Positions 20,008 to 31,400 of a stretch of DNA of 64,000 nt are shown here, one piece after another. The stretch's first letter is position 1, and every line of letters starts with the position of its first letter. The stretch comes from a virus (taxonomy: Duplodnaviria > Caudoviricetes): positions 2,421 through 66,420 of IMG/VR virus record IMGVR_UViG_3300029959_000012. One strand, 5' to 3'. The notes below the pieces were generated by a model. That model was not told where the DNA came from. It saw nothing but the letters and a program-made list of their open reading frames with translations, and ran no database searches. The position numbers and the translations under genes were made by a program.

Positions 20008-21692
20008 CTGTTGTCTGGTTCACCGGCAACTATGTTGGCACTCGTCCATTTCATTGCTTCAGTTGGTGTTGGAGCCTCTGCACAAATTTGTAAATTTGCA
20101 CCGTAAATATCAAAAATACTTCGATAACTTGGCCCAATAATGACATCTGTCCCATCGTCCATTATTGTAACTTCTTTGATTTGCCATACAGAATCATTGG
20201 GATTGCTTAATGGATCACTATCATTATAATATCTTGGATTCATTGATGGAGTAATTGTGAGATCTCCAATTTGTTCAAAGTAATCTGCTTCTTTAAATTC
20301 GATAGTTCCTGCAGGAAATCTTACTTTATATTTTGATTTATCTACAATTACAAGATCTTCATAAACTTTTTGGGCATATGCATCCAATCCCATATCAATT
20401 AAACTAGTATTAAGTTTATATGCAATACTTTTGGCTTTCCCAGTTAATCCAGCCGGAGGATAACATTTTGCATTTCCATCTACATCAAATACTATTACAT
20501 AGTCTGGTTTTATAGTTTCATCATTTCCTGAAATCTTCTCACTATTTTCTATAAACCATTTTGATTTATTATTATCATTTAATGTTATTTTATCACGTAT
20601 AAATCCAGTTTCAATTTTATTTGTTTCATACCATATATATAGATTACACTGGTTTGTTAAAAATGATTCCAGTGCATTTCCTACGTTCATACCGCTGATA
20701 ACTTGAGTAGGCAACCAAACATTACTTCCTCTGCCTGGAATTGTTTTTAAACTTGCAATAACATTACTACGAAATGTTACTTCACTTGGCATAAAATCAA
20801 TTAAATCATGATCTACATAATTATTTTTTAATATTGTGTCTGCAACTTCTTTAACTTTTAATCGCTTACCATTGACATTGGTTCTAACCATTTGAGCAGG
20901 TTTAAATAATCCGGGCTTTGGATTGCAACATTTAACCTCATATAATGCACAACCATTTTCCCAACATTCATAAATAATTTCACCACTAGTTGTGTTACTT
21001 TTACTTTTAATAAATCCTTCAAAAAATACTTTATTTGGGACACTTGAACATGTTAATGACACTTTATCATACTGATCAAAATCTTGATCACGAAGTTGGA
21101 AAGTTGCTACATTTGTTTTAAATACTGAACAATGTAATTTTATATTGTAAATTGGATATGTAGTGCCTTCTATGTTGGCAAAGAACTGAACATTTTGAGA
21201 TTTCTTATTTGCACAATTTTCAGCATAAATTTTACTTTCAGCAGGATTCATCCAAACATAACCAAGTGATGCACTAAATTCATATTTGCCTATTTTCTTG
21301 GCATCCCGATTCCAAGTCCATTCATCAATTCGCCAATAAGCATTACCAAGTTCAGGAAGTTCAGAACTATTATTTGATTTTATGAACATCCCTAACTGTT
21401 TCTTATCATCATACTGTAATGGTGTTAGAAATGTTTCATCTTTAACTTCATTACCGATATCATTGATCATGTTGTTCTTGAATGAACCAACGATTCTACA
21501 TACACGTTCTTTCGGCCCTAGCGGTATAATTTCAGGAATGTTCCCGACTGTTATGATGGTAGATTCTAAACTCGTCGATACACTAATATCCTCGATATAA
21601 ACTTCGCTAGTTTGACCTACGGGTGATGGTGTTTTAATTGATCCATCGGAATTTGGAAGAACTTCTTTATAAACATTGAATTTAATGACCAT
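20004..21692 (-). CDS. baseplate hub/tail-associated (Tal-like) protein
   Basis: 562 aa, second gene after the tape-measure gene (Dit-Tal position). Confidence 0.55.
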   Translation of the reverse strand: MVIKFNVYKEVLPNSDGSIKTPSPVGQTSEVYIEDISVSTSLESTIITVGNIPEIIPLGPKERVCRIVGSFKNNMINDIGNEVKDETFLTPLQYDDKKQLGMFIKSNNSSELPELGNAYWRIDEWTWNRDAKKIGKYEFSASLGYVWMNPAESKIYAENCANKKSQNVQFFANIEGTTYPIYNIKLHCSVFKTNVATFQLRDQDFDQYDKVSLTCSSVPNKVFFEGFIKSKSNTTSGEIIYECWENGCALYEVKCCNPKPGLFKPAQMVRTNVNGKRLKVKEVADTILKNNYVDHDLIDFMPSEVTFRSNVIASLKTIPGRGSNVWLPTQVISGMNVGNALESFLTNQCNLYIWYETNKIETGFIRDKITLNDNNKSKWFIENSEKISGNDETIKPDYVIVFDVDGNAKCYPPAGLTGKAKSIAYKLNTSLIDMGLDAYAQKVYEDLVIVDKSKYKVRFPAGTIEFKEADYFEQIGDLTITPSMNPRYYNDSDPLSNPNDSVWQIKEVTIMDDGTDVIIGPSYRSIFDIYGANLQICAEAPTPTEAMKWTSANIVAGEPDNS

Positions 21693-21693
21693 G

Positions 21694-21750
21694 TTAAATT
21701 ACCTTAAATTACCTTAAATTACCTTAAATTACCTTAAATTACCTTAAATT
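21694..21750. repeat. 10-bp tandem repeat (TTAAATTACC)x5 + TTAAATT
   Basis: Exact repeats filling the space between two tail genes. Confidence 0.95.
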
Positions 21751-22235
21751 GTCTGTAGATCTTTATACCAACGCAGTAAGTTCAATTCAAATGTTAGGAG
21801 TGTTCGTTTACTAATATTTCTTCTCACAGTAAATGTATTAACAATCCACATCGAAGGATTCCCATCTTTATCAACTAAAGGCATTTCAGGAACAAGATCA
21901 CTACCAGATTGTACAGTTAGTATTGATCCCACCATAAATAAATTATAAATGTTGTTAGTGCCTGCAATACGATATGGTGCAATTCCAGATAATATACTAT
22001 TAATTTTATTATATTCTCCAATGCGCCCAGTTATCCTTACATTATCAGGTTGGCGACCTAATAATTGGGTTGTTGGAACACTAGATTGTCCACCAAATTG
22101 AATTTGTTTATTATTTGCCTTGGTGTCGTTTATTGTATAAATTTTGATGTTGTGGGTTGCTCCATCCTGAACCACAAATTTCTTTACACCATCATCCATA
22201 TCAATATTCAAAAATTGTTCCTTCAACACCAACAT
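21744..22235 (-). CDS. distal tail (Dit-like) protein
   Basis: 163 aa directly after the tape-measure gene; LGRQPDNVRITG motif. Confidence 0.55.
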   Translation of the reverse strand: MLVLKEQFLNIDMDDGVKKFVVQDGATHNIKIYTINDTKANNKQIQFGGQSSVPTTQLLGRQPDNVRITGRIGEYNKINSILSGIAPYRIAGTNNIYNLFMVGSILTVQSGSDLVPEMPLVDKDGNPSMWIVNTFTVRRNISKRTLLTFELNLLRWYKDLQTI

Positions 22236-22429
22236 AATATCATGGTGTTTTAATGTTTACAATATATAAAACACATGTATAGTTACTATATGATTAATAA
22301 ATAGTAAATGTATGGGGAAAATTAAAAATTATAGTGAGGTTAGATTATATTGAAGTTAGATTATAGTGAGGTTGGTGTTGTTCATTAACTGTATTAATTG
22401 TTCATAAATAATGAATGTGGTTTTAGATT

Positions 22430-25400
22430 TTAATTTCCACTTACATTGTTTCCGCGTTTTAATTCAGCGATCAATTCTTTGAATGTGTCAGTTATCATTT
22501 GCTTGAGTTGGCTATCTGTTGTTCCACTTACATTTAGACTAACATCCATTTTTTGATTGATGTTGGCGGTCTGTGGAGTTTCCTGTACAGGTTTATTGAC
22601 TTCTGGTAAAACAATGTTGGCTAATGTTGTTTGAGAACCAGTTGTGGTATTGTTACTTCCAAGGTAACCATTCTCAAAGCCATATTTGTTACCGTTGGGA
22701 TCTTCATAATAACTGGTCTTTCCAGTTGTTCCTTGTATCCACCAATTTCCACCACTTGGTTTTTGTGCTTCCATATTTGGCATTCCATTGGAAGTTAATA
22801 CATCGGATACAGATGCTTGTGCTTGAGCCTGCTGAATTTGAGTCTGATAAGTTTGCATTACTTCATTATAAATGCTATTGCGAGTGTCGTTTGATAAACT
22901 TCCTCCAAGTTTATTATCAACCAGTGCATTTTGGAATTGCGCATTCAGATCATTACCTGCTACAAATTTCCAATTCGATGAATCACCAATGATATCAGAT
23001 TGATTGGTTGCAACCTTCTTCTCGTTGAGTAAATCTGCTGGTAATCTCCCATTGAAAGAAGACATTGCATATGTATTTCCAAAGGTTGTTTCATTGGTGG
23101 TTTCCTTCCCTGCAACAAATTGAAGTGAACTTGTGTTTAACTTGTTGTTATAGTCAGCAATGGATCTTGCATTATCATCCATTGCTCTTGTTAACTTTAA
23201 AGTTGCTGTAGTTTGTTTGTTGTAAGCATTAATTGCTTGAGTTTGTGCTGTATCACCTTTCAGGATCTGTCCACTACGAGCAATGTTACTATTAGATGAT
23301 TGCCCAACATCGGTAATTGACATAGTTGCTGCACTTACCGTATCAATTGGTCGTTGAGTAAACAATGATAATGTTTGTTTACCTAATTCCTTTACAGTGT
23401 TAAGTATGCTTGGTAATGATTTTACAAATCCTTCCACTCCAATAAATAAACCAGCAGATTGATTTGCAGCAGAACTTCCCTGTGTTCTATTTATAAAGTC
23501 AGGAACATCGGTAATTGTTCGGAGGATCATCTTGCCAATGTTTGCTGGATCATATAAATTATCTATTAAACTTTTATTCTCAACCTGTATGTTGTTTTCT
23601 CCAAACTGGTTGAGTGGTTTAGTTACATAATCAGATGTAACATTGGATAGTGCCTGTCTTGGAACATCACTAGACCTCAATAACCTGAACATGTCTCCAA
23701 ACATTCCAGGCATAAGTTGAGTTATTGCACTGGTAACTCCTTTATAATTCTTTAAATCTTCTTGAGATTTATTTTCAACTCCCACACTTCCAAAGTAGTT
23801 ACCAGCATCACCCGTTAAAAATGATATTGGTGAATTTGGAAGTTTCTTTCCTTGTTCTGCTGCATTAAATACATCTATTGCTTCAATAACAGCAAGTGGG
23901 AGTGCTGCTTCGTCTGCGGCTCCTGCAAATTTAGTGATCCCACTTAATGCCTTTCCTGCGAATTTTCTTCTGGCTTCAGTGGAACCTTTTTCAGCAACAC
24001 GACCAAGACCGCCAGTTACACCACCGAAAATTGCACCCATCCCAACAATATTTGCAAGTGCGGCCTTTGCTTCTTCTGGACCTTGTGCAAATCCAGTAAG
24101 TGCCATCAAAATATCAGCATTTCCAGCCTTTGGTGCTTCAGTAATAGATCCCTTTAAAGTTGCTGCTGCTAATCCAGTTTTCCCATTCAATTCTGGTAAC
24201 TTGAAATTAAATCTTTGTGATTTAGTATTTGTATACGCATCTTTTAAAGTTCCATCTTCATTATATGCATCTGGGTTGTCATATACATTTACAGTTGACA
24301 AAGATCCCTTGTTAAATGTATTTTTAATTCCTTCAAATGCCTTACTAATCTTTGCAGATCTTGATATATCGCTACCAGTATCTTTCAATGTATTATCAAA
24401 TGCATCCTTGAATTTATTGAAAACTTCCTTTAACTTACCTACTCGTTCTTCGCCAAACAAGCGTCTCATTGCTTCATCAAATGCTTCTTTAATTCGTTCA
24501 GTTCTAGTTTTCTTAACTGGATCATCTTCTCCACTGGTTCTTTTTACTGGAGGCTCTTCACCAAATAACTTACGTGTGATTTCATCAAAGAAACCACGCT
24601 TTGTTGGATCGTCATTAGTTGGTTTCTTGTTAGGATCATCTTCTCCACCAGTTTTTGGTTTTCTTGTTACAGCATCAATTGCTTTACGAATAACTTCAAT
24701 TGGGCTAACACCACTACTAAATCCACCAAGAGTTGGTAATCCCATTTCCATTGCACTAGGTTCAGAACCATTTAAAGCACCACCACTGCCAGATCCATCC
24801 CAATTAGTAACCTCCACACGAATTGCATTTGGAGTTGCTGCATTCTTGAGCACTTTACTGGTGGTTTGATTGAAACCAGCACTGTCTGTTAGGGGTGTTG
24901 CTAACTGCGAGGTATTATATGAAGCATCGGATCTATATACTGTGGAACTGGTGTTGTTATACATCGAGGGTAGAGTTTGTATGCTGTCAACCCCATCTTT
25001 GAATTTGTTTCCACGTTCTAATGCTTCATATGCAGCGAAATTCTTCTTGTTTAGATCGGCTGGTATGACTCGTTCACCACGAGACAACATCGCTGGTATT
25101 GAATCACTAGTTGATGTTCCGGGACCATTCAAGTAATCAGTGCCATTTGCAAAACCACCAGTATTGTTTCCTGTTAATCTATCAATGAACCCTCCTATCA
25201 TTTTAGTTGGTGTTGGAATATCAGTCTTAAATACGTGATCTATTGCGCGACCAATGGCTTCCCAAGCAACTAATACTATAGCAAGATCTAATAATAGTGC
25301 ACCCATTGACAATGCTAAACCATCAGTTGCAACAGTTGCTATTAATATTGCTTTTGACATCGCATTGATATATGCACCGATCTTAAGGAATCCCGCACCT

Positions 25401-28400
25401 ACAGTGAATAATGCGCTGAATCCAGCGGTCAATGGCTGAATCAACAATGAAATCATCAAGAGTTGGGCACCCATTTGAATAAGCCATGGATTGTCAGCCA
25501 CAACTTTCATGATATTGACCATTGCCTTCACTGCGCTGATAATTTCTGGCACTGCAGTTGCAATTGATTGTAGTAAATCTTGTATTGCACCAACACTTTC
25601 TGGAGTTGACAATTCATCGAACAATCCTTGAACTTGCTTCATAATTTTATCACCAAAGTCATTACTACCGAAAACTTTGGCTCCAAGTGAAGCGAACATC
25701 GTGGTGATTGTACCTTGCATTGCAGTGATGTTCTTCCAAGCATCGAGCATGTCCTGTGAACTAACACCCATCTTTTCCATTACTTTGTCTGCTCGATTTG
25801 CACCAACTCCAAAGGCATTGGACATTCCAATATTCTTGAATAAACCTTCGACATCAGTTAATGGTTGAATGATCTTGGTAAGTCCACCTTCTATGGACAT
25901 TACAAGTCCTTGTATGGAGAAGTAAACTCCCATACTGGCCATACTGATAGATGCTGCTTTCCAAGAAATCTCACCAAACATTCCAGCAGCCTTATTAAGT
26001 TTGGACTGTTCAATACCCAATTTAGTAACTTTTTGTGTGGCTGTATCAAAGATTCCAGTCATCTTGGAATTACTAGAAACAACACCATTCAGTAAGTTGC
26101 TTTGTTCTTTCATTACATCGTTGGGATTAAATCCAGCACTGGTGATTCGACGTTGATCATTTGCTGATAATTCATTGAGACTTCCAGTGCTACCAACAGT
26201 AAACATTCTGGAAGTATCAGCCTTCCCGAATCTCTGATCTAGTTGTTCACGTAAAGTTCCTTGTGTGCCTGAAACATCAAGTATATTTTGAAGTTTGCTC
26301 TGGTAATCTTTACCAAAAGCACTAGTCAAACTTGCAATTTGTTCAATTTGAACTTTAAACTGATCATGAGTTTTCATTCCCATTTTAGCAAGTTCAGACT
26401 GGCCCGCTCGTGCAGTAATATCAGCACCAGCGATTTCCATGTTACCATCATATGCGGTTTTTGGAGTGAAGGTAACCATAGAACGTGCTTCTTTTTCTCT
26501 TATAACTCCATTGGAAATATTACTGATATGGCTTGTTATTGCTTCTTCAATTTCACTGAAATTCTTTTTGTTTTCACGTAGAGTATCACGTTCTGCACCA
26601 GTTGAATATCTTCCACCAACAATTGTGTTAACAGTTCCATGCACTGTTCCTTCTACTTCTTTGCGAGTGTGAATATTATCAACTATATCACCAATTTTGT
26701 CAAATATACCACCCATTCCTTGTAAATATTTATTTTCATTAATCTTGCGAGCAATGCCCTTTGGTAACATTCCACCCACTGGAGTTAATTGTTGATTATT
26801 TGGAGCAAATGGAATACCTAGAACATTGTCATTACTGACTCCATTACGATTGTAACCCATTTCCCCACGATAAACACCGAGTTCCAGTTCACTGAATGAT
26901 TTCTGTTGATATGGATTAGTACTTCCAAACATTACATCTTTAGATGGATTAATGTTAATTGGGGTATTTGCACCATGTTGTTTGAGTGCAGTAAACGGAT
27001 CTGCATTTTTACCAAAGCCATCTCTACCTTGTCCAAATATCCTATTAATGGTTGTTCCTAATTGTTGTCCATTTGTAGTAGTGTGAATAAGCGAAGCCAG
27101 TCCTTTGTCAAGTCCGGACAAGTTCTTAACGAGCATTGAAATTTCTTCAGCACTTTTAGAAACAACTGCGTCAAGTCCTTCCATTTGCTTTCCAAGGCTT
27201 ACTGTGGAAGTCCCAAATGCAGTAAAGTGATCCATGGTCATCTGAAGTGGATTCAATGAACTTGCAAATGAGTTACTTACAGCAGATACTTCAGGTAACT
27301 TCTGTGGCCCTTGAATAATATTTCCAAATAAATCAGTTTGTTTAAATCTTGGATCTTTTATATCAGTCCAACTTGCTTTTTGAACTGGATATATCCTTGA
27401 TGACATAAAATCATGGCTATCAGTTGAAACTGCATAACCTACTGTATCGTATCGTTCATTAGTAAATTTCGAAAGATCACCATCACGTCGCTTATTTGCT
27501 TCGACTCTACTTTCCTGCACTGGATTTTTAAACTTATACTCACCTTGAATCAAACCCCTTCTAACTTCTTCAATCAACCTTCCAACTGCCTTTTCCATTG
27601 ATGAAGCCAGCACCTCTGGATCCTTCTGAACATTACCACCTCTACGGGCATTTTGCTCCACCGCATTCAAGAAATTTGGATGCTGAATAACCTGATTCAT
27701 GAATTGTGGGAGTTCCATTCCCGGCTGGTAAGTTTCCTTGATCGGTTGCATCATTGTGGCACTTGGAAGTTTAACACCACGTTTTGGATTGTATTGTGCA
27801 CCATCCATGATACCCTGATTGAGCATCATCAATCCACTAAAGTATGGATTGTTGACTGCTTGTTGCATACCAATAGTTGCTAGCCCACTCAATCTTCTTT
27901 GGCGTTCTGATTCTGGATCTCCACCAAAAGCAAAACCAAGAAGTCCGCCATCCTTAAAAGCAGGCACTGTATTAAAAGTCGATGAAACCTTATTTAACAG
28001 CCCACCACTTTCAAGGGCTTTCCTCGTATTAAATGGCAATATGTAACTACCGGGTTCAAGATATCCAAATCCTTTGTCGTCACGTGGACCACCCGGCGCA
28101 TGAATCTCACTGATACCACTGGAATTAAATGTTGGTAAATTACCAAGTGATGCAAGTTCCCTGTTATCGAGTTTGGCATCACCTAGAGTAAATGCACGAA
28201 GTTTATCAAGTTGCTTTGGGTTTACTCCATGCTGCTTCATGTAACCAGCCGACAACTTCAATTCATCATTAGACAAATAAGCGGGTATGCCACCTTTACC
28301 ACCAGCAGCACGCTTCACCACTAGATCCATGACATTGCCAAATTGTCCACCATCAGCGAAGTATCTAAAGCCTTTTGGATCCTTGGTAAAACTATTTGCA

Positions 28401-31400
28401 ACAACACGACCCTGCATTCCCATGAACCGACTTAATTGTTCATCATTAGCACCAAGGCTCTTCATCTTCCAATTTAATGTGCTAGTTGGTAATCTTGGTG
28501 CATAAAACAAGAATTTGTTATATAGATCTGATTCACTAATGTGCTTATTGATACTTGACTCTAGAGCATTCCCAGATAACAACTTACCAACGCTACCTTC
28601 ATTCTTTACAGTATGTAAGTTTCGTAGTAAATCCCCACCATTTGCAAATGCTCTTACTGGGTGAATATTAAACAAATCATCTGCTATTTTTCTTTCAAAT
28701 GATCCACCGACTGGAGCAATCTTTAATTTTGATTGAATTAATCGTTCATATTCTGCAATTGGTTGTAATGATTCTTTTGGATCAATTCTGGTTCCAAGCA
28801 AATCACCGGGATTAATTATTTGTAATATATTTCCATTTTCTGCGAATTCACTTGCTATGTCTTCACGTGGGGTCATTGATGTAAAACTTGGTAAAATCCC
28901 AAATCCTTTTTTATTAAACTGTTTAAATATATTTTTAGATTTGTCTTCAGATAGTCCAGTAAATAATACAGAAAATGGATCATTTAATGGGTTTCTTGTT
29001 TCAAAATTTAATCGCTCAATAACACTTTCAATTTCTTCAATTTCACTAGGATTAATACCTTGAATATTTTTAAATTTTCTTGGATTAATCATATAACTTG
29101 AAATATTACCATACCCCGGCCCAGTCCAATAATTCAATGCATCTTTTCTTGTCATTGGACCACCATTTGCAAATCCACCTTCATTAAATGGCGTCGGGAT
29201 TGTTGACATCAATTGAGTTCCAAGACCTATGAACCCTGCAATTCCAGCACCCTGAAGCCCCATACTCATAATGTCATTACGATGAGATTTCAACTTGTCA
29301 AGCAATCCATATCGGTGACTAGATCTTGAATTCCCCATGAAGTTTAAATTTGGCAATGAATTAATACCCGGTGTTACTTTAGGAGCCTTCACACTCTTCA
29401 ATAATCGCTGCATACTGAATTGTGGGAGATTCTTACCAACACGAGTAAAATTATCTAATGCTTTAACTTTACCAAATATTCCTGATAAAGTTTTATTTAC
29501 ACTTGGAATTGATTTTGGTTGTTTGGTATTGACTTTGACTTGTGGACCAACTTGAGCATCATAATTTCTCAATGTTGATCTGGGAATTCCAAGTTCCATG
29601 AGACCAACTTCGTTTGATTTTAATAAGTTGCGAACATGTCGTGCCACGGTATTTCCAGTAGTTGGATCTCCTGAAATTTCACCAAATATTGGATTACGTG
29701 TCTGAACTCTTTTTATAGATTTAAGGAATTTATCACGTGCGTCACCGTCATTACCAAATGATTGAACCTTCTTAATGAAGTTATTATATGCAACAGTGCT
29801 GCGTTGTGCATAACCTTCCTTGATATACATCTCCTGTTGTGCTGGATCAATTCCATGACTATCAAGTAATTGCTTCATATCAGCAGTGTGACCACTCAAC
29901 GCCAAGTTCTTAACCAGATTCGATACAATGCTATTTTTGCTTGTATTGAAGTTTTTAGAAAGTTCCTGACTACCAGTAACATGTGGTGCTAATGACTGCT
30001 TAACTAGTTCACTAACATCACCGACTTTTCCATGCATTGTAAAATGTGCAGTGGAATATCGCTTGGCAATCTCGTCAAGGGGTATTCCTGCCAATGTAAG
30101 ATCATTTGCATAGTTCTTTAGAACTTCACCATAAGGAACCTTTACTGGCCCATTAGTGCCTTCCGCATAACCTTCAATTCGTCCACCATTAACAAATTTG
30201 CTTTTATTAATTTTTATAGATGATCTTGGAACTGGTCTTGCCATTTTAGCAATTTCAGTTGGAACTTTTAAAATTCCACTAGCATTTGGTATAGTTGTTG
30301 AAATTCTCCAATCTTTTAATTTATCTAACATTTCAATTGGTAATTTAACTTCATATAAGCCTTTACCTATACCATCTGCATACATTCGTGCAATATCTTC
30401 CCGACTTTCATCAACAAAGTATTGTCCTTTCCCAGATCCAGTTCCACCACGTAATATTCTTATCTGTTTTTCAGTATCTATATATTTTTGTTCAAGGAAT
30501 TTTTCAAATATAACTTGATCTGCACGAATTCGTCTTTCATCAGAATCCAACCCCCCATTCATGAAATTAGCAATTCCGCCGCGTGCATATGCACCGCGAT
30601 ATCCAATGGCTCGTGCTAAAACTTCAGTTGGTTTTTTCCAATAGTCATTATTGTCAAGTTTAAGTCCCTGGCTTCTCAATGCACGCTGAATCTGTCGCTG
30701 TGAACCCATTGATGACTTTGCATAAAATGCGTGTGCCATTTCGTGCATCAACGTTCGTTGAATTTGTTCTGGATCTTTAGTTAGTCTTGTAAATATAGAA
30801 CTTCCCATTGGATCCCAATACCCACGAACAGTTGGGGGTCTATTTAAATAATCGTCATGAGTAAAAAGTATTGGTTTGTTCTTTGTGATAACACTTAATG
30901 CTCGTTGCCAATGTTCTGGCATATTTCCCATAAATTTGTCAAAGTGTTCACCAAATCCCAATACAGCAGGTTTACTGTGAATATTTGGATCATATTGATT
31001 TGCCAGATTATTTACAATAATTTTATTAAATAGTTCAGCAACTTCATTGACTCGTTCAGCATCTTTACCCTTGGTAATCTGTAATGTTTTGTTTCCTCTA
31101 TAATTATCAATTAGATATTCAATTCCTCCACGAGACAACACTTTTCCAAGATTATAACTATTACCATATGAATTTGTCTTGATATTCACACGATTCAATA
31201 ATCCACCATTAGCCAACTGTATATGTCTACGTGGATCAATTTGTCCAGTGTAACTCATATATCGGGCATTATTCCTGATACCTTGTGGTGGAACTGGATC
31301 TCCTATTGCCTTGAACTTTTTAGCCAGATTCACATATAGAGGATCGGTATCTAACCTATTATCATGAGTTACTCCCTTGGGAACCATATGCTGATTCTTA

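Noticed and set aside
22624-30518. Plus-strand ORFs such as 23934-24869 (311 aa) within the tape-measure gene
   Set aside because: Antisense shadows caused by codon bias of the giant minus-strand gene.
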